Shown here one piece after another: positions 1 to 11,910 of a stretch of DNA of 64,000 nucleotides; positions within the stretch are counted from its first letter, which is position 1, and the number at the start of each line of letters is the position of its first letter. The stretch lies in the NCBI RefSeq assembly GCF_006345805.1, contig NC_043012.1, positions 42,594,001 to 42,658,000 on the forward strand, read 5' to 3'. The notes under the pieces were generated by a model. The model had not been told where the DNA came from, made no database searches, and was given only the letters and a program-made list of their open reading frames with translations. The position numbers and the translations under genes are program-made. This stretch comes from Octopus sinensis (taxonomy: Eukaryota).

Positions 1-3000
1 ACCAGAAAATTCATAATTAATCAATATAGGGTGGCAAAAAAAAAAAAAAAAAAATTTTGAATTTTTTTGCCACCAGCGGCCTAGTGGGAAAAAATTAAAT
101 AGTCATAGACCATTTTTAAGTTCAACATCAACAATCAAGGAACGGCCATAATAGGCCATTCACCCACTAGAAATAACAGCCAAAGCTTCAACCGCAAATA
201 AAAGTCAACTCCGTAAACAGGAGAAAATTTAAAAAAACATTTACCCTGTAATTTCTTATACGATGCACCGTTTCATCTGCTGTTTAATGGTAAACTAACC
301 TGATTAAATTAAATCAAGCCAATCTTCCATAGGCCCTCAGATTCTTCAGTAAGAAATAGCCACAAGTCGGAACAGATATTTTCACGAGGCATTTCCGACT
401 CTGCCAAGGTAATATCTGACCTAAAATTTTCAAATCATCGCACTCGCGCCAATTTATCGGCAGCAAATAAATATAAGCCGTCGATTCCATTACGGAATTA
501 ACCAGAAAATTCATAATTAATCAATATAGGGTGGCAAAAAAAATTTGTAGAATTTTTTGCCACCAGCGGCCTAGTGGGAAAAAATTAAATAGTCATAGAC
601 CATTTTAAGTTCAACATCAACAATCAAGGAACGGCCATAATAGGCCATTCACCCACTAGAAATAACAGCCAAAGCTTCAACCGCAAATAAAAGTCAACTC
701 CGTAAACAGGAGAAAATTTAAAAAACATTTACCCTGTAATTTCTTATACGATGCACCGTTTCATCTGGTTTAATGGTAAACTAACCTGATTAAATTAAAT
801 CAAGCCAATCTCCATAGGCCCTCAGATTCTTCAGTAAGAAATAGCCACAAGTCGGAACAGATATTTCACGAGGCATTTCCGACTCTGCCAAGGTAATATC
901 TGACCTAAATTTTCAAATCATCGCACTCGCGCCAAATTTATCGGCAGCAATAAATATAAGCCGTCGATTCCATTACGGAATTAACCAGAAAATTCATAAT
1001 TAATCAATATAGGGTGGCAAAAAAAATTTTGTAGAATTTTTTGCCACCAGGGCTAGTGGGAAAAAATTAAATAGTCATAGACCATTTTTAAGTTCAACAT
1101 CAACAATCAAGGAACGGCCATAATAGGCCATTCACCCACTAGAAATAACAGCCAAAGCTTCAACCGCAAATAAAAGTCAATTCCGTAAACAGGAGAAAAT
1201 TTTAAAAAACATTTACCCTGTAATTTCTTATACGATGCACCGTTTCATCTGCTGTTTAATGGTAAACTAACTGATTAAATTAAATCAAGCCAATCTTCCA
1301 TAGGCCTCAGATTCTTCAATAAGAAATAGCCACAAGTCGGAACAGATATTTTCACGAGGCATTTCCGACTCTGCCAAGGTAATATCTGACCTAAAATTTT
1401 CAAATCATCGCACTCGCGCCAAATTTATCGGCAGCAAATAAATATAAGCCGTCGATTCCATTACGGAATTAACCAGAAAATTCATAATTAATCAATATAG
1501 GGTGGCAAAAAAAAAAAAAAAAAAATTTTGTTGAATTTTTTTGCCACAGCGGCCTAGTGGGAAAAAATTAAATAGTCATAGACCATTTTTAAGTTCAACA
1601 TCAACAATCAAGGAACGGCCATAATAGGCCATTCACCCACTAGAAATAACAGCCAAAGCTTCAACCGCAAATAAAAGTCAACTCCGTAAACAGGAGAAAA
1701 ATTAAAAAACATTTACCCTGTAATTTCTTATACGATGCACCGTTTCATCTGCTGTTTAATGGTAAACTAACCTGATTAAATTAAATCAAGCCAATCTTCC
1801 ATAGGCCCTCAGATTCTTCAGTAAGAAATAGCCACAAGTCGGAACAGATATTTTCACGAGGCATTTCCGACTCTGCCAAGGTAATATCTGACCTAAAATT
1901 TTCAAATCATCGCACTCGCGCCAAATTTATCGGCAGCAAATAAATATAAGCCGTCGATTCCATTACGGAATTAACCACAAAATTCATAATTAATCAATAT
2001 AGGGTGGCAAAAAAAATTTTGTAGAATTTTTTGCCACCAGCGGCCTAGTGGGAAAAAATTAATAGTCATAGACCATTTTAAGTTCAACATCAACAATCAA
2101 GGAACGGCCATAATAGGCCATTCACCCACTAGAAATAACAGCCAAAGCTTCAACCGCAAATAAGTCAACTCCGTAAACAGGAGAAAATTTAAAAAACATT
2201 TACCCTGTAATTTCTTATACGATGCACCGTTTCATCTGTTTAATGTGGTAACTAACCTGATTAAATTAAATCAAGCCAATCTTCCATAGCCCTCAGATTC
2301 TTCAGTAAGTAAGAAATAGCCACAAGTCGGAACAGATATTTTCACGAGGCATTCCGACTCTGCCAAGGTAATATCTGACCTAAAATTTTCAAATCATCGC
2401 ACTCGCGCCAAATTTATCGGCAGCAAATAAATATAAGCCGTCGATTCCATTACGGAATTAACCAGAAAATTCATAATTAATCATATAGGGTGGCAAAAAA
2501 AAAAAAAAAAAATTTGTAGAAGATTTTTTTGCCACCAGCGGGCCTAGTGGGAAAAAATTAAATAGTCATAGACCATTTTTAAGTTCAACATCAACAATCA
2601 AGGAACGGCCATAATAGGCCATTCACCCACTAGAAATAACAGCCAAAGCTTCAACCGCAAATAAAAGTCAACTCCGTAAAACAGGAGAAAATTAAAAAAC
2701 ATTTACCCTGTAATTTCTTATACGATGCACCGTTTCCTGCTGTTTAATGGTAAACTAACCTGATTAAATTAAATCAAGCCAATCTTCCATAGGCCCTCAG
2801 ATTCTTCAGTAAGAAATAGCCACAAGTCGGAACAGATATTTTCACGAGGCATTTCCGACTCTGCCAAGGTAATATCTGACCTAAAATTTTCAAATCATCG
2901 CACTCGCGCCAAATTTATCGGCAGCAAATAAATATAAGCCGTCGATTCCATTACGGAATTAACCAGAAAATTCATAATTAATCAAAATAGGGTGGCAAAA

Positions 3001-4907
3001 AAAATTTTGTAGAATTTTTTTGCCACCAGCGGCCTAGTGGGAAAAATTAAATAGTCATAGACCATTTTTAAGTTCAACATCAACAATCAAGGAACGGCCA
3101 TATTAGGCCATTCACCACTAGAAATAACAGCCAAAGCTTCAACCGCAAATAAAAGTCAACTCCGTAAACAGGAGAAAATTTAAAAAACATTTACCCTGTA
3201 ATTTCTTATACGATGCACCGTTTCATCTGCTGTTTAATGGTAAACTAACCTGATTAAATTAAATCAAGCCAATCTCCATAGGCCCTCAGATTCTTCAGTA
3301 AGAAATAGCCACAAGTCGGAACAGATATTTTCACGAGGCATTCCGACTCTGCCAAGGTAATATCTGACCTAAAATTTTCAAATCATCGCACTCGCGCCAA
3401 ATTTATCGGCAGCAAATAAATATAAGCCGTCGATTCCATTACGGAATTAACCAGAAAATTCATAATTAATCAATATAGGGTGGAAAAAAAAAAAAAAAAA
3501 AAAATTTTGTAGAATTTTTTTGCCACCAGCGGCCTAGTGGGAAAAAAATTATAGTCATAGACATTTTTAAGTTCAACATCAACAATCAAGGAACGGCCAT
3601 AATAGGCCATTCACCCACTAGAAATAACAGCCAAGCTTCAACGCAAATAAAAAATAAAAGTCAACTCCGTAAACAGGAGAAAATTTAAAAAACATTTACC
3701 CTGTAATTTCTTATACGATGCACCGTTTCATCTGCTGTTTAATGGTAAACTAACCTGATTAAATTAAATCAAGCCAATCTTCCATAGGCCCTCAGATTCT
3801 TCAGTAAGAAATAGCCACAAGTCGGAACAGATATTTTCACGAGGCATTTGACTCTGCCAGGTAATATCTGACCTAAAATTTTCAAAATCATCGCACTCGC
3901 GCCAAATTTATCGGCAGCATAAATATAAGCCGTCGATTCCATTACGGAATTAACCAGAAAATTCATAATTAATCAATATAGGGTGGCAAAAAAAAATTTT
4001 GTAGAATTTTTTTGCCACCAGCGGCCTAGTGGGAAAAAATTAAATAGTTATAGACCATTTTTAAGTTCAACATCAACAATCAAGGAACGGCCATAATAGG
4101 CCATTCACCCACTAGAAATAACAGCCAAAGCTTCAACCGCAAATAAAAGTCAACTCCGTAAACAGGAGAAAATTTAAAAAACATTACCCTGTAATTTCTT
4201 ATACGATGCACCGTTTCATCTGCTGTTTAATGGTAAACTAACCTGATTAAATTAAATCAAGCCAATCTTCCATAGGCCCTCAGATTCTTCAGTAAGAAAT
4301 AGCCACAAGTCGGAACAGATATTTTCACGAGGCATTCCGACTCTGCCAAGGTAATATCTGACCTAAAATTTTCAAATCATCGCACTCGCGCCAAATTTAT
4401 CGGCAGCAAATAAATATAAGCCGTCGATTCCATTACGGAATTAACCAGAAAATTCATAATTAATCAATATAGGGTGGCAAAAAAAAATTTTGTTGTAGAA
4501 TTTTTTTGCCACCAGCGGCCTAGTGGGAAAAAATTAAATAGTCATAGACCATTTTAAGTTCAACATCAACAATCAATCAAGGAACGGCCATAATAGGCCA
4601 TTCACCCACTAGAAATAACAGCCAAAGCTTCAACCGCAAATAAAAGTCAATTCCGTAAGCAGGAGAAAATTTTAAAAACATTTACCCTGTAATTCTTATA
4701 CGATGCACCGTTTCATCTGCTGTTTAATGGTAAAGTAACCTGATTAAATTAAATCAAGCCAATCTTCCATAGGCCCTCAGATTCTTCAATAAGAAATAGC
4801 CACAAGTCGGAACAGATATTTTCACGAGGCATTTCCGACTCTGCCAAGGTAATATATGACATAAAATTTTCAAATCATCGCACTCGCGCCAAATTTATCG
4901 GCAGCAA
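1..4907. repeat. Tandem satellite, ~483-503 bp unit, about 10 copies (last partial, cut by gap)
   Basis: The unit start ACCAGAAAATTCATAATTAATC recurs at 1, 501, 984, 1472, 1974, 2461, 2962, 3450, 3953 and 4444. Copies are near-identical, differing mostly in poly-A length and small indels. Confidence 0.98.
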
Positions 4908-5007
4908 NNNNNNNNNNNNNNNNNNNNNNNNNNNNNNNNNNNNNNNNNNNNNNNNNNNNNNNNNNNNNNNNNNNNNNNNNNNNNNNNNNNNNNNNNNNNN
5001 NNNNNNN
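4908..5007. other. Assembly gap (100 N)
   Basis: Run of N. Confidence 1.
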
Positions 5008-5269
5008 GCAACGAGTACAGTGAAGAATTCCGGGTAGAGGTAGGGGTCCACCAAGGTTCAGTCCTCAGCCCCTTCCTATTTATCATAGTTCTCCAGGCAA
5101 CAACGGAGAAATTCAAATCAGGATGCCCCTGGGAGCTCCTCTATGCTGATGATCTTGCTCTAATTGCTGAGTCACTATCAGAACTGGAGAAGTTTCAGGT
5201 GTGGAAGCAAGGATTAGAATCGAAGGGCCTTAGAGTCAACCTAGCTAAAACCAAAGTCCTAATAAGTAG
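5008..5269 (+). mobile_element. RTE-clade LINE reverse transcriptase fragment
   Basis: Translates to NEYSEEFRVEVGVHQGSVLSPFLFIIVLQ...WELLYADDLALIAES...WKQGLESKGLRVNLAKTKVL, close to 19240-19500 of the RTE copy below. Confidence 0.93.
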
Positions 5270-5362
5270 AATCACAAAATTTGAATGTAATTGGTTGTGT
5301 AGTTCTCAAGTTTTAGGGAAACACAGACAGACAGGCACACATTCTCAGCTTTATATAGATAA

Positions 5363-5365
<3 letters not shown>
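5270..5365 (-). mobile_element. 5' terminal segment of a non-autonomous Helitron
   Basis: The minus strand begins A|TCTTTATCTATATAAAGCT (TC start after A) and carries the ACAGACAG subterminal repeat, like the ends at 5753, 15279 and 28856. Confidence 0.65.
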
Positions 5366-5395
<30 letters not shown>

Positions 5396-5396
<1 letters not shown>

Positions 5397-5753
5397 TAGC
5401 AGTATCGCCCGGCGTTGCTCGGGTTCGTTTCGACCCGCTAGAATTGTAATTTTGAAAAGTAAAAATTTTGTGAACATTTTTCTGGTCGAAATACACCGAA
5501 AAGTGGCGACACAGCATTGAAAAAATCGTAAAAAATAGGGATTTTCATAGAAAAAAGCATCGTTTTGATGTAAATAATTTTTGGTGTTAACATGGTCCGA
5601 TTTGAATTTTATGTTCTACGGAAGGAAGAGCAACCCTTCTTCTATCATACTCTCAATTTTGGTCAACTTGCGCCGCAGGGTCTCGGAGGAGATAGTGTTA
5701 GTTGAAGGTTACCAAACGTGGCGCACACAGACAACTTTAGCTTTATATAGAGA
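5396..5753 (-). mobile_element. Non-autonomous Helitron (Lep1-like architecture), complete
   Basis: On the minus strand: 5' TC start, 3' CCCGAGCAACGCCGGG hairpin about 10 nt before CTAG|T, inserted at an AT dinucleotide in a (TA)n tract. Confidence 0.82.
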
Positions 5754-6919
5754 TAACACACACACATTAATACACATACATAGACACACACACACATGTA
5801 TGTATGGATGTATATATGGGTACTTGTATCGCAGAGTGGTCCCGGTTGCGCACACACACGGATTCGCGCGTGCGAGCCAGACGTAGGTACTCGATACTCG
5901 ATCGCCCTTAATAATTACTTTTTTTTACAGAAACGCGAACGTATATAACGCACAAATTATTCCGTAGATTTATCAATTAAATAACGCAAAATTGATATAT
6001 TTTTTTGAAATTGCAAATTATTTAGAATATAAAAATCTGGCTGCTATTTCTAGGTGCCTGAGTAACAACCAACCTCGCGGATTACAGATAAATGAATTAA
6101 TTACTATTTTACAGAATAAAATTAAATAATTCTTGAAAATTAATTAATATTAATATTTTTTGAACAAAGTAAATAATTTTTAAACTTAATAATAATTTTT
6201 TTTACACAAACGCGAACGGGGAAAAGGGGGTGGCGAATTCGATTTTTTTATTTTCGTTGAATGAATATAAAAAATGTATAATATATGTTGTACATACCTA
6301 AATTTTTTCTTTTTCATGACATTGTAGCAAAATAGTAGTGAATTATATAAATACCAGCAGTACATTTTTTTTTTCTGGGGTATTTTTTTTCAACCTCGTC
6401 ACATATTTGCCCCTTTCAATTTAAACAAAGTCTTAATTAAGCAATTACGGCAGCTTAGCAATGGTTTCAATACAGGCGTGACATCTGTATCTCAATTGTT
6501 CAAAACCCTTCGAATTTTTTCGCATGTGATGATATCATAGTGAAAACTTTCAATTACGCGCGCTTAGAAGTACGCTCGCAAATTAATACTACCAAAATTT
6601 TTAAGTTCGCACTCCGCTTGTGGGTGTGTGTGTGTGTGCGTGCTTTAGGTGTACATAGGTATGTGTTTTTGTGTGTGTGTGTCACTGAAGCCATACATAC
6701 ATATATACATACATAACCTCTCTCTCTCTTTTCTCTCTCAGTCACTCACTACAAAAAGTGAATAAAAAAGTTCAGTTATTTCTGTCTTTCACTCTCTGTG
6801 TCTCTTTACACACACTAACAAAAGCACTTCACTTACACACCACACTTTCTGTGTCGCACAACCCATCAAACACACACACACACACACACACACACGCACG
6901 CACACATGTACATCAATGC

Positions 6920-7649
6920 TTTCGGAGTGAAATGTTAAAATATTGAGTTTTCTCAAACTTTGTCTTAATTGGGGGTGAAATTGAAAGAAATTTGTTATGG
7001 CATGACCGAATGGAGTACTTTGAAAAATCTTAGGTAAACTCTAATTGAAGAAATTGTGTGAGGAGTAAATCGTTATGTATTTATTTGTTTCTGTTTGCTG
7101 TGTTTTTTTATTTTTTAAGTAGTGGTTTAAGGTACACTTGCAAAGAGAAAGTGGGAGAAATTATGTTGATAGCATGCGTGATCCGTTTTATAGAAATACT
7201 TTCAGTTTAGTCTTCCTCAAATCACTCTGTCGCTATTTACTCTCTTCCAAGAACATTTTCACTCACTCTTATCTCTTAGCTTGCCATACATTTTACTCAT
7301 GTATCTATCAGCGTGATAGACAGAAACAAATATTACATCGCCATCGCATTCTATTGTCTACCTGTCAACACACACACAGTGAATTAGTTTCGCTTTATTC
7401 GTTGCACACTGTGTGTGTGCGTTTGCGTGTGCTGTAAACCAGACTAAGAAAAGCATTTGACATACACACCAGAATGTGAGTTTTCTGTAAATTTTGCTTA
7501 ATTGGAGTTTAAATTTTAAAAACTGGACCTGGCATGACCCGATGCATTCTACTCTTAAAAATGCTAGGTAAATTGTAATTGAAGAAATCCTATATTGTAG
7601 ATTTCTATAACTGACAAAGGGAGGCAGATAAAATCTGCCTTTTATAATA

Positions 7650-7652
<3 letters not shown>
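6920..7652 (-). mobile_element. Probable non-autonomous Helitron 5' portion with internal degenerate duplication
   Basis: The minus strand starts A|TCTTATTATAAAAGGCAGA. Related ~130-bp blocks lie at ~6930-7070 and ~7475-7600. The 3' CTAG end was not found, so the left boundary is approximate. Confidence 0.45.
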
Positions 7653-7713
<61 letters not shown>

Positions 7714-8121
7714 GGCGCAGGAGTGCTGTGTGGTAAGTAGCTTGCTAACCAACCACATGGTTCCGGGTTCAGTCCCACTGCGTGGCATCTTGGGCAAGTG
7801 TCTTCTGCTATAGCCCCGGACCGACCAATGCCTTGTGAGTGGATTTGGTAGATGGAAACTGAAAGAAGCCTGTCGTATATATGTATATATATATAAGTGT
7901 GTGTGTATATGTTTGTGTGTCTGTGTTTGTCCCCCTAGCCTTGCTTGACAACCGATGCTGGTGTGTTTACGTCCCCGTCACTTAGCGGTTCGGCAAAAGA
8001 GACCGATAGAATAAGTACTGGGCTTACAAAGAATATGTCCCGGGGTCGATTTGCTCGACTAAAGGCTATGCTCCAGCATGGCCGCAGTCAAATGACTGAA
8101 ACAAGTAAATGAGTAAAAGAG
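7714..8121 (+). mobile_element. tRNA-derived SINE, near full length
   Basis: Pol III A-box-like GTGCTGTGTGG and B-box-like GGTTCAGTCCC, a TTGGGCAAGTGTC core-like block, and tail ...CCAGCATGGCCGCAGTCAAATGACTGAAACAAGTAAA. Related copies occur at 31035, 52080 and 59300. Confidence 0.88.
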
Positions 8122-8231
8122 CATATATATATAATAAATTAAGAAATAAAATATATGCATACATACATACATATATGTACGTACCTACATCTACGTGTAT
8201 ATATACATGCATATATAAATATATATATGTG

Positions 8232-9010
8232 AGTACAGGACACCACAAATAGATGTAGAACTCAACAAGAAACGAAAACGTAAAAACAAACATGGAAACA
8301 GACTTTTTTTAACAACCAAAAAACAGAGTACAAGACAAACAATACAAGGAAAATTCCCCTTCGTCAGCTGTCCCTAGTTCGATTCTATGCGTGTTTCGAA
8401 GGTAAGGACAGAACACAACTCGTCGAACTAGCCCTTCCTGTGAAAGAATTAAATAAAATTCCTTTGCAGAGGGGTAAAAACAAGGAAAGAAAAAAAAAGT
8501 GACAAAAACAGGACGTAAAAATAATACAAATAAAAAAACTAATACAAAATAAAAATACAAATACAAAAAAATACAGTACAAGTAAAGAATAAAAACAGGA
8601 CAAGGAAACAAACATTGAGGGCCTTTTTTTAGCCTAGACGATGGAAAAATTCAAGAGCGCAGGAAAAAAGCATGTTCACTTGTAGGAGGCCGCCAGCGAA
8701 AGGAAGTGGTCGACTCGGCTGTGTGAGAGATGAGGAGGAGTGAGAGAGAGAGATAGAGAGGAAAGGAAACCAGAAAGGGTGAAAAATAAGAAGGAGAGAG
8801 ACAGGTAAAGAGGAAGACAGACAGGAAGGAAGGGAAGGTCAAGCAAAGGGCTAATCCAAACACGAAAACAAAAAGAGAAAACACAACAACGCGAGGACGT
8901 GGAACAAGTATAGTATTATTGGACGCTCAGGAAGAAGGAAAGGAGGGTTTAATGTTTCAAGCGGAGCTCTTCATCAGAAACATAGGAAAAGGAAAGATCC
9001 AAAGAAGGGA
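8232..9010 (-). mobile_element. Penelope-like terminal/UTR remnant
   Basis: T-rich non-coding tract on the minus strand carrying an HHR-like motif (8947-8981). No RT is visible and the boundaries are approximate. Confidence 0.45.
8947..8981 (-). ncRNA. Minimal type I hammerhead ribozyme-like motif
   Basis: GTTT-CTGATGA-AGAGCTCCGCTT-GAAA-CAT-T-AAAC. Stem I GTTT/AAAC and core are intact. Stem III ACAT is probably a decayed ACGT palindrome. Confidence 0.55.
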
Positions 9011-9011
9011 A

Positions 9012-9153
9012 GAATATATATATAATATATATATAATATAATATATATATATATATAAAATATATATATATATAATATATATATATATATATAGATAATA
9101 TACAATATATATATATATAATATATATAATATATATATAAATACATAATATAT

Positions 9154-9184
<31 letters not shown>

Positions 9185-9278
9185 AGATATAATATATATA
9201 TATATAATATATATATAATATTATATATATATACAATATATATATATATAATATATATATAATATATATAATAAACAT

Positions 9279-9324
<46 letters not shown>

Positions 9325-9524
9325 ATATATATATATAATATATATATATAATATATTATAATATATTATATATTAATATATATAATATTATATATATATA
9401 TATATATATAATATATTATATATATAATATATATAATATATATATTATAATATATTATATATATATATATATAATATATATATATATAATTATTATATAT
9501 ATATATATATATATAATATATTAT

Positions 9525-9602
<78 letters not shown>

Positions 9603-9621
9603 TATATATATATAATATATA

Positions 9622-9698
<77 letters not shown>

Positions 9699-9710
9699 AA
9701 TATATATATT
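9012..9710. repeat. (TA)n microsatellite tract
   Basis: Direct inspection. Confidence 0.97.
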
Positions 9711-9796
9711 TTAATTTAGAGATAGTAGACCCCTACATCTCACCAAATAAAAAGAATTTTTATTTTTATTTTTAAATACCTAGTGTTTTATTCCTT

Positions 9797-9831
9797 GGCA
9801 ACACATGTTTCATGAGGTACATCCTCAGGTT
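9797..9831 (-). ncRNA. Degenerate hammerhead-like motif
   Basis: AAC-CTGAGGA-TGTACCTCAT-GAAA-CATGTG-TT-GCC. The core and near-palindromic stem III (ACATGTGT) are present but stems I and II pair poorly. Confidence 0.35.
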
Positions 9832-10075
9832 CCTAAACCACTCCGTGTTTCCCTGGAACCCCTCTCAAAATGCCACCCCAATCATCAGGCCCTTATATAA
9901 CTTTATCTATGTTCAATACTATAAATTATATTTAAAATTTTTTTAAACCCTTAAGTATGTGTAAAATAAGTATTTTTAAATTAAGTATGTTTAAATTAGT
10001 TTCGCTGGACTCTACAGTACAAGTCATAATTCAGATAAAAATTCAAATAAAGATAAGAAGTTACAAAAATAAAAG

Positions 10076-11531
10076 TTACACGAATAAAGTAAGGAATAAA
10101 AAATCTTTAAAAAATATACGAAAATTTACAAAAACTATGTTAGTAATATATAGTGTTCCAAATATGATTAAATTTGTGAATTGAATGTTACTATTTATAT
10201 CATTTAGTGTTGATTTGAAATCCAAATGTTTGTCGATGTTCTCCTTCCAGATGATAAAGCAGTCATCTAGGTATCTCTTCCAATTTTCTCTTATGTAGAG
10301 GTAAAATGGGTAACCATATTTCTGAAGTGATACTTCATATAAGGTGAATTCAAAATAACCCATTATTAGGTTTGCAAGAACAGGAGCTGCTTTTGTTCCC
10401 ATTGCAATTTTGCATTTCTGACGATAGTATGTGTCATCAAATAGGAACTAATTGTTCTGAAGTATAAATTTTAAGGATTCAATAATAAAGATCTGATTTA
10501 TGCATTCCAGGAGTACTTCGGGGTACTTTTCCAACCAGAATTTAATTGCTTTTATTCCGTTGGTGTAAAAATTGATAACATCGAGGGTAACCAATATTGC
10601 CTCTTCATTAATTGTTTTTGGTAGGTGTTCTAGCATGTCTAAATCATCTCTAATGAAACTTTTGATGTATTTCAGCAAGGGTTTCAGTAGGATGTCTAGA
10701 AAATTGCTTAGGCGGTGGGTTTCACAAGCCGGCCCAGTTACAATGGGTCTTAAAGTTAAGTCTTCTGGCGTTTGGATATTTATATATTTGCCTGGTGATT
10801 GTTTGCAGGCTTCATTGATTATCTTGTTCTTATGTATTTTAGGGAGGCCGTAAAAAAGACTGGGTTTACATTTGAAGTTTGTGATGTAGTCTGTTTCTTT
10901 TTCTGTCAGGCCTTTTCCATGTAGAAGAATTAAAGGTGCAAGATTTTTCATTGTTTTTTGTTGTTTATAGTTTATAACTTTTTCGTAGAAGGCCTCGTTT
11001 TCCAGCATGGATAATACTAGTTTTTTATAGTGTTCTGTGTCCATCAGAACTACAGCACTTCCTTTGTCTGCTTCTTTAATTGTCAGGTCTTTGTTGTTTT
11101 GTAGTTCAATTAGATTTTTCCATTCTAGATTGTCAAGGTTCGGATTCATTTTTCATTTATTGGATGTGTAAGGGAAATTTTGGATATGGTTGCAGAAGTC
11201 ATCCAGTGTTTTATTCCTACCCTTATGTGGAAGGTAATTACTTCTGTTTTTGACTAGTGATTCATCTTCGTTGTTGTAGTCAGTTAGTGCTTCTGCGATG
11301 CGTAGTTTTCTGCAGAATTCCGAAATATTGTCTTTAATTTCATTATGGTTAGATCTTCGTGGGATTGGAGTAAACTTTAAACCTCCTTTGGCTAGTATAT
11401 TGATTTTTGTTAGAGAGAATTTTCTTGATAAGTTAATTACTTTGTATGTACATATATGTATGTATATATGCATATATTTATATTTATTTTATTATTATAT
11501 GATCGAATGCCACGCATCCTTTTCCAAGTAA

Positions 11532-11583
<52 letters not shown>

Positions 11584-11760
11584 TTTTTGCATAATAAGAT
11601 AAAAAACCAAGGCTGTATAGATATTAGAGCATTTACAGATAGGTCTTAAAGCTGTTTCTAGGATATTAATTAATAATATCCCTTCATCGGAGACGGTGTG
11701 AGAGGAAAATTAAGTCATAGTTAGTTTAGATGTGATATAAATAGAGAGTGAGGTGGAGGA
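10076..11760 (-). mobile_element. Penelope-like element, RT-encoding, frameshifted and 3'-truncated
   Basis: ORF pieces 11473-11153, 11149-10448 and 10402-10076 contain PLE RT motifs: LAKGGLKFTP, IKEADKGSAVV, FYGLPKIHK, LRPIV, MGTKAAPVLANLIMG and KRYLDDCF. No GIY-YIG follows, and an HHR motif lies upstream. Confidence 0.9.
11643..11694 (-). ncRNA. Type I hammerhead-like motif in the 5' terminal region of the PLE
   Basis: GTCT-CCGATGA-AG-GGATATT-attaatt-AATATCC-TA-GAAA-CAGCTT-TA-AGAC. Stem I is 4 bp and stem II has a perfect 7-bp run. The core has U4>C, and stem III is near the ACAGCTGT palindrome. Confidence 0.55.
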
Positions 11761-11910
11761 AAGAAAATAGATGTAAGATATGTATGAGTATTGAAGTTGT
11801 AAATCCGTTTTATAGGAATAATGGTATATATGCAATATTCCAATATCCTTTGAGTAAAATCCAAAACTCCAACAGAGTTTAATATGAGTCCTTCCAAATA
11901 TAGAGTTTAT

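Noticed and set aside
330-352. CTGAAGA on the satellite minus strand as a hammerhead core (cf. HHR-bearing satellites of crickets and newts)
   Set aside because: No GAAA follows a pairable stem II and there is no stem III/NUH.
314-4116. Repeated 65-66 aa ORFs (MNFLVNSVMESTAYI...) in the satellite
   Set aside because: They are short, are broken by indels in most copies and show no recognisable motif, so they are a by-product of the repeat.
8355-8445. CTGACGA and GAAAC on the minus strand in permuted order (possible type II HHR)
   Set aside because: The intervening sequence does not form stem I and the alternative registers lack an intact core.
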